Assembly (NCBI GenBank): GCA_019828565.1
Contig: JAHDYR010000025.1
Span: forward strand, 682,001 to 746,000
Direction of reading: 5' to 3'
Source of the DNA: Carpediemonas membranifera BICM
Taxonomy: Eukaryota > Protista > Fornicata
Length of the DNA stretch: 64,000 nucleotides
Part shown: positions 10,349 through 21,900 of the stretch, one piece after another
How the letters are laid out: each line of letters begins with the position of its first letter
Position numbering within the stretch: the stretch's first letter is position 1
Notes under the pieces: generated by a model
Told to the model about the DNA's origin: nothing
The model's input: only the letters and a program-made list of their open reading frames with translations
The model's database searches: none
Translations under genes and position numbers: made by a program

Positions 10349-11079
10349 TCAGCGCCGAGCACGGCCGTCCCTCACGCCGCCGCCCAACCTCTTGGGCACG
10401 AACCCATTAGCCCCTTGCCGGACCCGGTCGACCACCACTGGCCGGCGGAACGTCCTATCGTGCACCATCCCGTAACCACGAGAGAGCCTTACCCACTCGT
10501 CCCGCAGCTTCTGGTCGGGGAACTCGACAAAGGCGTACTTGGAGACCTCCTGGCGCTTATCCGACACTAGGGCGACCCGTATGTCTACAAACTGCGCCCT
10601 GTGTTCGTCTGAGATGCTCCAGAGCATGAAAAACTCGACGTCCAGGGCCACAGTCTCGGGTGGGATCTTGGCAATGATGACCGAGCGAGCAGGGTCTACG
10701 GCTGCGTCGTGCGTCGGTGGTGCGTCTGTGTGAGTGCATGGGGGGCGTGCATACATGTCTCGGGAACGCTCTCCTTCTCGGCTTCCATCTTCTGGTCGGT
10801 GCTCTCCTCGTCGGCAGCGGAGGCGTTGTTCAGTGCTTGAAGAATCTTCGCAACGCCTGAATAGCGCACCCTTGGGCGTTTCTTCATAGCGGAAGTGCTC
10901 TGGGCATGTTGGACAGGCACAGCGATCTCAAACGCCGCCATCATCGGCAAGGGGAAGTATTCCGCGTGCCCTGTAACCTCTACGCGGGAACCACTAGGTA
11001 GCTCCCGAAATACAGCTCCAATATACTCTGCGGGCGCGCCTTGGCCTGGCGGGGGCTTGGGAAACACTGGTTTCTCCAT
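10349..11079 (-). CDS. SNRNP70: U1 snRNP 70K protein; 29-nt intron 10726-10754
   Basis: N-terminal YFPLPMMAAF..RYSGVAKIL, RRM with KYAFVEF, signature VVVDRVRQ...FVPKRLGGG; intron GTATG...CTCACACAG joins the two ORFs (ETYAPPTHDAAVDP). Confidence 0.88.
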
Positions 11080-11241
11080 CTCATAATCAAATGATGTGCA
11101 GCCTCAGTTTTGACCCTCTCCCCACCAACTATGGCTAGACACCCTCCCATCTCACTCTCCCGCAGCGAGGCGGCTCTCGTGCCTATCGGGTGAACACCAG
11201 TGGCCCATCCCATGAGTTAAAAGACAACGATTTACCTCTCG

Positions 11242-12558
11242 CTACGCAGACTGGTCACCCGAGTCGGACCCGTCCAGTATTGCAGTGTAATCCCCCCTCG
11301 TCCGCTCCGCTCCGTCGCCCAGGATGGTCCCAGTCACTGCAAGAACGGCCCACAGCACGGCCAGGACGCCGACCATCGCCTTCATGCTCTCCTCGTCGAC
11401 GACAACCTGCACCACGGTCTGTATGAACGCGGATGCGGCTGTGTAGGTGACCACAGCGGCTGCATGTCGCGTGCCCGCTGCTTTGGCGAGATGGGCGGTC
11501 GTGAGTGCAATCACGCATTCAGCAAAGAAGTTGTAAGATGCGAAAGAAGCTATGTCAATCACTAAAGCCACTGTCCGCGGCAGGATTCCGTCAATCGGCC
11601 ATGCAGCGACCCACAGCATCACTGAACCGAGCCCACTCGTGATAAAGAGAGCCGACCCAAGATGAGTCGAGGCAACAGGCAGAGATGATGCCCATGCACC
11701 AGCAACCCCAGCCACCTTGATCACTGCGATGGCGAGGCCGTTCAGCGACAGAGCGGGGTCAACATAGTCGAGGATGATCGAGAAGTAGGCGACAGCAAGA
11801 GAGTGGACGGCAAGGCCGACTGCGTAGACTAGGACAAGCGCTCTGGTCGGTCGGGCGGCAGGTCTGATGATTGCAAGGGCAGACTTTTTGATTGATGATT
11901 TGATTGATTCGACATTGGTGTGAGAGAACGGGATGCGGGTCGGCACGAGGCCTGGGAAAGTCAAGAAGCTTGTGGCAGACAGCACTATGGCCAAAAGACT
12001 GATGTAGAACAGGATATGGTAGGGTACGCCGCAGCTGACCAAAAGCTGGCCCAGGAGGGCAGATGCCAGATGAGCAGCAAGCACGGAGGCGCGTGTGAGG
12101 GACGACACGGTCGGGTAGAAGCCGGTGTCGACGTGACTGAAGACCGCGCCGTAGAAAACGTACTCGCTCGCCGTGGCACAGCCGAAAAAGAACTCTGCTA
12201 GCTGGAACGCATGCTTGGAGTCGCCCCAGATGAGTGAGACACGTGTCAGCAAGCGGCCGACGATACCAACGGCTATCGAAATGTAGGAGCCGAGAAACAT
12301 CGTCATGGGAATGAATAAGACGAGCCAAAATGTGTTGGCATACGTCCAAACAGGCCATACTTGTGAATGAAGCACTGCGTGGCTCATGCGCTTCTCCGTA
12401 CGGAGGTAGGGGGAAATGAAGGCCTCTGAGGGCTTGAACGCTGAGAGAAAGCCGAATAAGATAAACGGTACAAGCGCCCGAGCTAGTCGAAAGGCTTTCC
12501 CCGACTTGGTATGTTCAACGGGGATTGAAGCGGCGTGGATTGGCGAGGTTCGCCGCAT
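11242..12558 (-). CDS. SLC19 reduced folate/thiamine carrier
   Basis: FKPSEAFISPYL, QVWPVWTY, EFFFGCATASEY; many TM segments; start taken at MRRTSP. Confidence 0.88.
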   Translation of the reverse strand: MRRTSPIHAASIPVEHTKSGKAFRLARALVPFILFGFLSAFKPSEAFISPYLRTEKRMSHAVLHSQVWPVWTYANTFWLVLFIPMTMFLGSYISIAVGIVGRLLTRVSLIWGDSKHAFQLAEFFFGCATASEYVFYGAVFSHVDTGFYPTVSSLTRASVLAAHLASALLGQLLVSCGVPYHILFYISLLAIVLSATSFLTFPGLVPTRIPFSHTNVESIKSSIKKSALAIIRPAARPTRALVLVYAVGLAVHSLAVAYFSIILDYVDPALSLNGLAIAVIKVAGVAGAWASSLPVASTHLGSALFITSGLGSVMLWVAAWPIDGILPRTVALVIDIASFASYNFFAECVIALTTAHLAKAAGTRHAAAVVTYTAASAFIQTVVQVVVDEESMKAMVGVLAVLWAVLAVTGTILGDGAERTRGDYTAILDGSDSGDQSA

Positions 12559-12747
12559 TGTCCCGGCACTCGATCTTTGAGGGATCCAAGTGAGATTGAG
12601 TCGATCTTTCCACATTGCCACCATGTGACGCCCACCTGCCACTATTCCCGCGCCGGCGCCCAACAGCAACCCTCTCCAGCGCCATCCCTCAACGCCAAGC
12701 CACAGCAGCATCACACTCTTTATACAACACAGCCACCCCCTCAACGC

Positions 12748-15700
12748 TCAATCCGTCTCCTCGACCACTGCCGGCCTGTCCATCCGTGCCAGGGCCTCCT
12801 GTGACTTCCTCACGTCCTTCCTGGCCTTCATCCGGGCGTAATAAATGAGGCAATCAGTCGTGCTGCAGTGGGTCGCCTGGAACCGGTGCTCTGAACACAC
12901 CTGGCACTCCGTGTTCAGCCTGATCTCCCGGTGCTGCGCCTCGTTAAACGCGTTCAAGTAACGCTGGTAAATCTCGCTCGTGCGGGGGCGACAGTTGGCG
13001 CACAGAGGAGGGTTGGTTCCCTCGGCGATGTCCGCCCGGCACCCGAGACACTGCGGTCTGCGGACTACGAAGCCGGCCAGCCCGCCCTTCTTGCCCCCGC
13101 CGCTGATCGAGGCGACCTTGACGCTTGACGTGTGAGCACCTTCAAACAAGGAACTCACGTGCCCCTTGAGGATGGGCTCAAAGATCCTCTCTAGCGGCTT
13201 CTTGAGCTGGTGCTCGAGATAGTACGTTGTGTCAATGGGAATGTCGTTCTCGAGGACAAACAGCGGGTCCTCGGCCTTCTCGTACCCCTTGGCGTTCGAC
13301 CCGGCGATTGTCATGACATAGGGGATCCGATCGCCCACGTGCGGAGCGTTGTTGGGGTCCCGCTTGGCAAGCTTCAGGGCAAGCTCGGTGTGGGCCTGCT
13401 TCGAGTCGTACTTCTCAGGAGGTCTAGTCAGCTGCTTGCTGATGACCAACTGTGCCATATCAAGCTCCCCGAGCATCAATGACCTGATAGTCGCCTTGAC
13501 GTACTCCACTGCCTCGCTGACGTTGTCCTCCATGATGAGCTGCAGCGAACGGTTGACAACGCCGGCGACGAGGTTAGAGTTGTCTCGACGGACGGACTCG
13601 ATTCCCTTCATGTCCAGCTTGTCGGGCTTGCTGTTATTGGTCCAGAAGTAGCCGGCGTAGCGCTTTCTGCTGATGAGGAGGTAGGGCGCATAGACCTTCT
13701 CGAACTCAAGCTTGATCGGGTTGATGAACACGTTCGACACGGCCACAGCTGCCTCCTTGCCGAGCTGGATGCTCGCCCATATCAGTGGGTTCTCGTGCTC
13801 CTCATCAGCGTGCATGGCGAGCCGTTCCTTGAGCAGTTTCTGGCTGAACATGATCATGACCGAATCAGTGTCGCCGTATACGACCTGTGAGCCGGGGTAC
13901 TGCGCCTCGACGACGCTCTTCGTCTTCTCGATCATCTGCCGGCCGTACGAGGTGACGGACGACGATATCTGGAGACATGGGAGCTTCCCAACCTGGGCGC
14001 CGGTGAAGCCGTACACGGAGTTCGCCGAGACCTTGAGGGCGAGCTGACGGCCGTCGAGCACGGCGCGACGCACGGGGTCAGTTTCGACCTTGAGGTCAGC
14101 TTTGGCCTTCTTCCTCGCCTCGAGCACCTCCTGCAGCACCACTGGGAGCACGCCTGGCTTCCTGGTTGCCTTGACGAACATGTCGCGATTCGGGGTGATG
14201 GTGATGTCGTCTCTCGTCAACCCGTGCGCCGCGCAGACCCTGTTGATGCTTTCGTCACTCACCGCCTTCTGGGGCAGCAGCGTGCTGTAGCAGAGGTTGT
14301 GTGCAATCATGATGGACGGGTAGAGCGACGAGAAGTCGAGCGTTGTCACGGGCTGGTTGTGGTTGTAGAAGCCCGTCATCGGCTCGAGCACCGTGGCGCC
14401 CTCGTACTTGTTGCCATCGTCTCTGCTCCTGAGGTGTGGGATGACGAGATCAAGGCTCTTGGCCTTCCTGTAGAGCTGCGAGAGGACCTTAATTTGCTGG
14501 CCGCGGAGGAAGAGGTAAATCATGGGCACACCCATAACACGGGCCATCTCCACCGAGTTCACCAGCGCCATGAGCTTGTCCATGACACGCATGGGCAGCA
14601 GGGCGTCCTTCAGGCAGTAGATAGCGAGCCTCCGCCGCCCATCCTCGCCCAGCTCCTGGAGCTTGGCGATCTGGGAGTGGTGGACGTCTTCTTTCTGCTC
14701 CTTGAGGAAGTGAAGCGACACCGCGTTGAGGGAATACGACCTGAGCTTGAAGTTGAGCTGGACGTACTGCATCATGTCGAACTGCACCCTGCCCGGCATC
14801 TCAGTCCAGTGAGAGTCACGTTGACCAGTCTGTTTCGAGGTAAACGTCTGGTCCTTGGAGACGCACTCGAAGTTCTGGAGCCGGGAGAGATACTTGAATT
14901 TTGTCAGGTCAAATCGGTCCTGCTTGGTGTCCATAGACTTGGAGAGGTACTGGGCGCGGGTCAGGAGGTAAAACATGTCGAAGTTATTAATGTTCCACCC
15001 GGTAATCACGTCGGGGTCGACTGCCAGGATGAATTTGTACCAACGATAGAGCAGCTCGACCTCTGTTTCGCAGGATATGACTTCCGCACCGGTTACTGAG
15101 TTGCAACGACCGAGGACAAAGATGGTCTTGATGAAGGGGAACTCATCGCCCTGGAGCTTGACCATGTTCGCGATCTGAATGACCTTGTCGCCGGCCACAT
15201 TGGCGTCGGGGAAGTGCCCTGGCTGGGCAGTGCACTCTATGTCGTAGCTGAGCGTCCGAACGGGGGCTAGGGCGAGGCCGTCAAACTCGGGGGTGAGTTC
15301 GGGTGCGTGGGAGATCAGGTCGCCGCAGTATATGTCTGCCTCGATCTGCACGCAGCTGATCATCTGCTTCTCTGTACGACGGACGTACTTTCCTGCGGGA
15401 GCTTGAAGCCAGTTGCAGCCAAAGATGCCGAGATCGACGCAGATGCGGACCTTAGGGTCGAGGTCGGAGTTGAACGTCGTCCTTCCGTTCACCTCGGGCT
15501 GCATGTCGTAGAGAGAGCACCCGTCCTCGAGCAGGCCGCGGAGACGGGCCATAGCCCGCTGGTTCGCGACAGTGATGGCCAGGAAAGGCCGCTTCGAGTC
15601 ACCCTGGTAGGTGTAGATGCTCTGACGCTGGGCCTCGCAGACGTTGATGACCGGGTGTGGCATATCACTGAATCCTGTGCCCTGTCGGACGAGGTTGTTG

Positions 15701-16077
15701 AGGTGCTCGGCTACCGCGGGGAGCTGGATGGGGGCGCCGATAAGCTCCTCGGCTGAGATGAAGAGCGTGGGGTAGTAGCCGTGGACGTGAAGGCAGACGG
15801 AGTGGCCCTCGGCGGTGACGCCAAAGAACGTGAAGATATCGCCGATCTGATCCTTGAATCCGCCAATAGGATTGGGGGTGTAACCAGAAGACATGTCGAT
15901 GTCCAGCTGCTGGAAGATAAGGTCGTCCTTCTTCGAATCCCAGTCAAATCGGACGGCGGGGCGATTCCAACCGCTGCTGGAGCCCACACCGCCGGGAGAA
16001 GACGGGGATAGCCATTCGGGATCTACTTCACGCTTGGGAGCGATCGTGCTGACCGGTGCCTTCCTCTTCGTCGACAT
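12748..16077 (-). CDS. POLD1: DNA polymerase delta catalytic subunit
   Basis: SYDIEC, DFSSLYPSIMIAHNLCYST, KVSANSVYGFTG, YGDTDS, C-terminal CysA/CysB. Confidence 0.97.
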   Translation of the reverse strand: MSTKRKAPVSTIAPKREVDPEWLSPSSPGGVGSSSGWNRPAVRFDWDSKKDDLIFQQLDIDMSSGYTPNPIGGFKDQIGDIFTFFGVTAEGHSVCLHVHGYYPTLFISAEELIGAPIQLPAVAEHLNNLVRQGTGFSDMPHPVINVCEAQRQSIYTYQGDSKRPFLAITVANQRAMARLRGLLEDGCSLYDMQPEVNGRTTFNSDLDPKVRICVDLGIFGCNWLQAPAGKYVRRTEKQMISCVQIEADIYCGDLISHAPELTPEFDGLALAPVRTLSYDIECTAQPGHFPDANVAGDKVIQIANMVKLQGDEFPFIKTIFVLGRCNSVTGAEVISCETEVELLYRWYKFILAVDPDVITGWNINNFDMFYLLTRAQYLSKSMDTKQDRFDLTKFKYLSRLQNFECVSKDQTFTSKQTGQRDSHWTEMPGRVQFDMMQYVQLNFKLRSYSLNAVSLHFLKEQKEDVHHSQIAKLQELGEDGRRRLAIYCLKDALLPMRVMDKLMALVNSVEMARVMGVPMIYLFLRGQQIKVLSQLYRKAKSLDLVIPHLRSRDDGNKYEGATVLEPMTGFYNHNQPVTTLDFSSLYPSIMIAHNLCYSTLLPQKAVSDESINRVCAAHGLTRDDITITPNRDMFVKATRKPGVLPVVLQEVLEARKKAKADLKVETDPVRRAVLDGRQLALKVSANSVYGFTGAQVGKLPCLQISSSVTSYGRQMIEKTKSVVEAQYPGSQVVYGDTDSVMIMFSQKLLKERLAMHADEEHENPLIWASIQLGKEAAVAVSNVFINPIKLEFEKVYAPYLLISRKRYAGYFWTNNSKPDKLDMKGIESVRRDNSNLVAGVVNRSLQLIMEDNVSEAVEYVKATIRSLMLGELDMAQLVISKQLTRPPEKYDSKQAHTELALKLAKRDPNNAPHVGDRIPYVMTIAGSNAKGYEKAEDPLFVLENDIPIDTTYYLEHQLKKPLERIFEPILKGHVSSLFEGAHTSSVKVASISGGGKKGGLAGFVVRRPQCLGCRADIAEGTNPPLCANCRPRTSEIYQRYLNAFNEAQHREIRLNTECQVCSEHRFQATHCSTTDCLIYYARMKARKDVRKSQEALARMDRPAVVEETD

Positions 16078-16250
16078 GGTCCTCGGTCCGCGCGCAATGA
16101 CCGTAAGCTGCACCTGCCTGGAACATCAGAAATCAGCACGGTGGTGTGTGCAGCAGTCGTGCAACGTGTGGTGGAGTGACGGGGTGCGTGCCTTGGCCTT
16201 CTCCGCAGTTTAGCCATGCTTATCACTGCCGACAAGGCTCAGACATCAGA

Positions 16251-18737
16251 ATGGATGACGTTGTTGTTCCGAAAGGATACGAGCTTGTATTGAACGGTTT
16301 GCAGCAAAGCAAGAGCCGGGTGTCCAAGAAGGACGACGAGGCGCCCGAACTCGAATCGAAGACCGAGAAACAGCGCATCTCTTTCCAAGCCAAGCAATTC
16401 ACCAACCTTTTGGACCAGCAAGAGAAAAAGAAGAACAAGCGCGCCGAGAAACGAAAGGCAGCGCCCACAGACGCCCCCAAGCGGGCCCCCTCGATCCTCC
16501 CCTCCTCGCTCAGCTCCATGGACTGGGCGGCCTGGGGATCCATCCCAGACCCCGGCATGGATCTATCAGGCCGCAACAAGGTCATCAAGCAGCGCAGGGA
16601 GGAGCAACACCAGGAGCTGTCTGCCGTGCCCGACTCGGTGATCGAATGGGCCGCCGCCAGTGCGGTCGCCGAGGACGTGCGGGTTGAGGAGAGGCCCACG
16701 GACAAGGTGGAGGAGGCAGACCTGCTGAAGTTGGGGAGGGACGACCCGACGAGGTGGAATGGGCTCGCCCGGCTGTATAACCGGCAAGGGAAGAAGAAGA
16801 AGGCCCAGGAGATAGTGAGAGAAGGCTTGCAGCCTTCTTCCATAAGTCCCGGCTTGCTCTCTCTTGCGGCCGAGATTCTCCCCCCGGCAGAGGCGACTAA
16901 GGCCCTCGCCCGAGTCTGCACGCCCGACGGCGATTGCTACAACCGCCCTGACCTCAAGTTAGACGCCCTTGTATGGTCCTCGTGGATCAGCATCCAGCCC
17001 ACCGACGAGGACAAGCTCAGCTGGTGCCGCAGTCTGCTGGACGGTGGCAACGACGTGCAGACCCCCGAACTGTGGACGACGGCCGTCGAGGTGACAGCGC
17101 GCTGTGGGAAGCCGCTCGACTGGGTTCAGAAGGGACTCCAGGCCTACGGGTCCGACTCAGGCCTGTGGAAGGCATACACGGCCGCACAGGCAGTGCTCGG
17201 GCAGGTGGGGGTCGACGAGGCGGCCACGGCTGTGATGGAACGGTGCAGGCTGCGGGGGAGGGCCCTGGTCGAGTCGACGAAGGCTGTTGTCGGTGGCCTG
17301 GGCGATGCTGCGGTGTCCCAGTACACAGAGATGATCGGGGATTGGAAACCCATGGAGATTGACGAGATCGTGGAGATAATCAAATCCCTTACCCCGCCTG
17401 TCATCAGGGCGTGGCTCGCTGCCTGCCCGTTGACCTCCATTGACCGTAAGAAGGCGAACAAGCTCGCGGAGACGCTTGCGTCAGTTGAGCCGAATGGTCG
17501 TGTCACAGCCTTCGCCGTCAGGGTCTTGCTCTTGTCCGATACAGCTGGACTGGAGAGGCTTGTCGAGGAGGCTCAGTTCGATGAAGCAAACATGGCTCTG
17601 CTGCTCTCACAGCCCATCGCCCAGGACAGTGTCCAGTTTATGTTTAGATGCACTTCTGATCCAGAAAAAAGATCGAATATCATGGATTCGATCGGGGGGT
17701 ACGGTCCAAAGGACCAGGTTGCCCTCCGTCTGCTGGACGCGGTGTGGGGCGACCGTCAAGGCCGCATTCCAGTTTCATCCAACAGCCCCGAGTCATTCGC
17801 AGGGATCGAACTCACGCCAGGGCAGGTCGACCGGCTGATCGGCCTCATTCCGGCGGCCATGGAGTACCCTGCTGTCCTCGCCGACCTTATGATGGCCGCG
17901 CTCGCCTGTGCGCCAGTTCCTGGACTGACGAGGTTCGAGGAGAGGCTCATCGAGCAGGCCAAGCATGCCTCGCTCAAGAAATCTCGGCCTGCCGTCCTCG
18001 CGGCACTCATCGCCGAGCGGTGCCACGGTTATGAGCAGATGGTCGTTGACCGGTGGACCGCAATTGTCAAGTCAAATATGGACACGATCAGCGGTCTTGC
18101 AGTCGCGCAGTTTATAGCCAGAGCACCCGACGGGCCAGCCCTGGCGGTTCTCAAAGAGATACTGACCGTCACCGCAAAGTTTGACAACGTGACAAGTGCA
18201 CTCCTCGTGGACGCTATTCTGCGGCTCAACTTGGGCTCCAACAGCGCCCGCAAGCTGGCCGAGTCCATGGAGGACTCCGCGCTTGCTGCGGTTGTCCGGG
18301 AAAGGCTTAGCATGTCTTGTAAGTTGTCGCCATTCGACAAGCGTCTGTCGATAGAAGAGGTATTTAAGGATTATTTGAAGGAGTTTAAGAAGAAGCCGGG
18401 TGAGCAGCCTGCATGGATTGATGCTGATTTCGTTGTCACCCTGATTTACCATATTTCGCGTTCGCGCAACCACAAAAGAGCAAAGGGATTTGCTGCTCTC
18501 GGCCTTCAGCTTCTCCGCGCCCTTCAGGACACAGACCCCTCCCGCCTCCTCGACTGTGCCGACCTCGTGTCCCTAGACGAGAAGAACCCCGAGTCACCCT
18601 CGGTCATCACCAAGTATCATTGCACCGGCCAGTACTTCGGCGTCGAGCTTGCCCGCCATCTGGTGAGCAGGGACCGGCGAGCGGTGGACGTGGCCGCGGT
18701 TGTAGCGGCGACGAGGGTGGCAATCATGGGTCAGTGA
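16251..18737 (+). CDS. PRPF6: Divergent Prp6 pre-mRNA splicing factor (HAT repeats)
   Basis: DWAAWGSIPDPG.D resembles Prp6 EW.SIPE.GD; PTRWNGLARL...GKKKKAQEIVREG resembles WIA.ARLE...GK...AR.LI.KG. Confidence 0.65.
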   Translation: MDDVVVPKGYELVLNGLQQSKSRVSKKDDEAPELESKTEKQRISFQAKQFTNLLDQQEKKKNKRAEKRKAAPTDAPKRAPSILPSSLSSMDWAAWGSIPDPGMDLSGRNKVIKQRREEQHQELSAVPDSVIEWAAASAVAEDVRVEERPTDKVEEADLLKLGRDDPTRWNGLARLYNRQGKKKKAQEIVREGLQPSSISPGLLSLAAEILPPAEATKALARVCTPDGDCYNRPDLKLDALVWSSWISIQPTDEDKLSWCRSLLDGGNDVQTPELWTTAVEVTARCGKPLDWVQKGLQAYGSDSGLWKAYTAAQAVLGQVGVDEAATAVMERCRLRGRALVESTKAVVGGLGDAAVSQYTEMIGDWKPMEIDEIVEIIKSLTPPVIRAWLAACPLTSIDRKKANKLAETLASVEPNGRVTAFAVRVLLLSDTAGLERLVEEAQFDEANMALLLSQPIAQDSVQFMFRCTSDPEKRSNIMDSIGGYGPKDQVALRLLDAVWGDRQGRIPVSSNSPESFAGIELTPGQVDRLIGLIPAAMEYPAVLADLMMAALACAPVPGLTRFEERLIEQAKHASLKKSRPAVLAALIAERCHGYEQMVVDRWTAIVKSNMDTISGLAVAQFIARAPDGPALAVLKEILTVTAKFDNVTSALLVDAILRLNLGSNSARKLAESMEDSALAAVVRERLSMSCKLSPFDKRLSIEEVFKDYLKEFKKKPGEQPAWIDADFVVTLIYHISRSRNHKRAKGFAALGLQLLRALQDTDPSRLLDCADLVSLDEKNPESPSVITKYHCTGQYFGVELARHLVSRDRRAVDVAAVVAATRVAIMGQ

Positions 18738-18982
18738 CGCGATGCGTACGGGCTTGGCGGCCTGGACCGGCAGTAATCTGGATAAATACGTAAATTTGCA
18801 ATGTCTGGAAAGATGGTTTGGACTTGGTGTGCGTTGCGTCATGACTGATGCACCAGGAGCCCCGCTCCGGTCTCCCGGTACTACAACGGCCGGTTCATAC
18901 GGGGATAGGTCGCACTGTCTCTGGCCGGGGCACAGTTTCCCTGCCAGCCATGAGGCCTGGTGCATGGGGTACGGCGGGGTGC

Positions 18983-21900
18983 TGTCATGACGACCTCATT
19001 TAATGATCAGTCTTATTTGGTCAATGATCTCAAACCTGCTTCTAAATTTCACTCTCTCAATTGTTTGGGTACCACAGTAATTACTGCATGCATTTACCTG
19101 AAACAAAACTCAACAACGCCCCGTTCCTGCGAAAGGCCACCACCAAGTCGTGGTATACTTTCCGTCAAGACTACGAGCAGTATGCTGCCCGTGAAGCCGA
19201 TCCGATCGTTGCCTTTGACCTAATCGAAACGCAGGTCCTAGAGGTTCTTAAGATCCGAATCCCTGAACTTGAGGGGTTCCTTGAGTACGCTAATGAAACG
19301 CCGGATGAAGAGCCGGCCGATACCTCTGAACTCAACGAGGCCTTTATCACCATGGTAGACGAGCTGATGCAGCCTCTGGATGAGGTGGACGCTTTAGATC
19401 GCTTTAAGGACTTGTCGTGCGGCTCTGAGGGTAACCTCATTGACAACATGGCCGCGTATGCCCTGGCGTATAAGCGTCAAGTTCGTAACTGTTGTAAGGT
19501 TCGGCCCACGGAGAAGCTCATCGTCGATGCCTTTGTTGCTGGCATCAGGTACGGTCGCTTGAAGGAGCGAGTGAATGCTAAGAAGGCGAAGACGCTTGAC
19601 GAGACGATCGCCGAGGCATTCATCCAGGCCACGGAAGCAGAGAAGGCTCGCAGAGAGCACCAGCGTGTGGAGCGAGAGAGTGCGACCTCCGCAACGATGA
19701 CTAAGGCTAAGGAGAAGTCGGAAACTGCTTGTGAGTACTGCCAGCGCAAGGGTCACACTGCTGATACGTGTTGGAAGCGTAAGCGTGACGAGCGTGAGGG
19801 AGTAAAGGGGCAGAAGTACGTTCATCTTAATGCTTTGGTCGCGGAGGACCGCGACAACAGACCCATTGGCGAGGTGGGCATCCTGGGGAGAGTGTTGGCG
19901 TTCCTTTATGACACAGGGGCCTCTGCCGACTTTATATCCCAATCCCTCGTCAAAGAGCTCGGCCTAGTCGTCGAGCCCGACCATGCTAAGGTTAAGCTGG
20001 CCACTGGTACGATTTACAACTCACCCGGCATTGTTAAGTTGAGTGCAGATTTTGGAGTGTTGCCATCTACTGGGCGGAGAACTCAAGCTGCTCTCAATTT
20101 GCGGGTGCTACCCGGGCTGAAGCCGACATTAGTTATGGGAATATCGACATTAAGTGCGTTGGGGCTAATCACGATCGTCAAGCCGACGATGGAGAATTCT
20201 GGAGAGCCACACTTCGCGGAGCTTGATGAAGATGAAGTAGACGAGACGTTATTTACCCTTGCTGAAGCGGAGCACGAACTACAGATACGTAGCTTCCCTG
20301 AAGAGACTAATACCATCCTAAGCAAGTACAAAGACGTTCTCGGCGACATTTCGCAGCCAGCAGACGTTCCACCCTTCGAACTGGTTCTTACAAACCAGAA
20401 GGTTATCAACATCCCTCCATACCACGTCTCGGCTGAAGAAAGAGAGGATATGCAGCGCCAGACGGCGCAGCTGGAGGATCTGAATGTGATTGAGGAGTCT
20501 ACGAGCAACTATAACAATCCTACGGTGCTTGTATGGAAGCGCGATCGCACCCGCAGGCTCTGCTTGGACTTTCGGCGCCTTAACGACGCGACGGAGGACT
20601 TCGATCACGACCTCCCTATCATTGACGATCTGGTAGCAAGACTAGAGGGTAAGACCCTCTTCGCTAAGCTGGACCTAAGCAAGGCCTTTCACCAGATTCC
20701 TATGACCAAGAGCTCACGCAGACTAACGGCGTTTACAGTTGGGAAGCGTAAGTACCAGTACAAGCGTTTAGCTTTCGGACTCAAAGGGGCCGCAGCCTTC
20801 TGTCAGAAGACCCTCGAATCCGTACTAGGCGATGCACTGTGGACACGGTGTCTCGCATATGTAGACGACATAGTAATATTCGGAGAGAACCAGAGAGAGT
20901 ACCTCGACAATCTGGACTATGTCTTGAGAAAGCTCAACTCGGCCAAGTTGAAGCTGAATCTGTCCAAGTCTGAGTTCGGACTGACAGAAATAGAATACTT
21001 GGGCTGGCTTGTGAATGGCGACGGCAAGCGAATCGCGCCTGACCGCCTAGAAGGCATCGACCGCCTAACCAGCCCGAGAGATGTTGCCGGAGTCAGAACC
21101 TTACTCGGGTTCACGAACTATTTTAGCCATATGATTCCGAACTACGGCAATATGATGGAGCCAGTCCTGGCTCTGACGAGAGCCAAGGAAGAGTTCCGTT
21201 GGGAGAAGGCCCAACAAGATGCCCTAGTCGACATCAAAGCGACCCTATCTCAGAACAACATGTTAAGTCACCCCAAGCGTGGCTGCCAATTAATCCTACA
21301 AACCGACGCGAGTGACTACGCTGTCGGGGCAGTTTTGTTACAGATCGAAGACGGGGAGGAGCGTCCGATTGCTTTCTATTCCAAGACACTATCGGATGTT
21401 CAAAGAAGGTGGAGCACCTATGAAAAGGAAGGCTTCGGCATTTATTACGCTATGATCAAGGCCGAGCGGTTCCTAGTAGGCAGGCCGTTTACTGTGAGAA
21501 CGGACCACCGGAATTTGCTGTATATCGCGACAAGCACGAACGCTAAGGTAACTAGATGGCGCATGGCACTGGAAAGGTTCGACTATTCCGTCGTACACGT
21601 GCCTGGTCAAGCGAACGGTGCTGCCGACGCGCTATCTCGCCTATGCGGTGCAACAGTCGAGGCAGATGATCACGCCACGTGGATCTCCGAGGTTCACGGA
21701 GGCATACACGGCCATCTCGGAGCGAGAGCGACGGTGAACAAGCTTATATCGCTCGGTAGGAGGTGGAGGGGCATGTATAAGGACGCAGAGGAGTTTGTCC
21801 AGTCGTGTCCTGTGTGCCAGGTCACGCGCAAGACGGCCAAGCCCGTCCAACACTTGTGCCACCGTACGGCAGGTCGCCTGCCGTTTGATGTCGTGCAGGT

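Noticed and set aside
18742-18990. Upstream ATG extension of the RCC1-like genes (also 61385-61663)
   Set aside because: Not open in copies B/C and shifted by a 4-nt indel; MSNEG is the shared start
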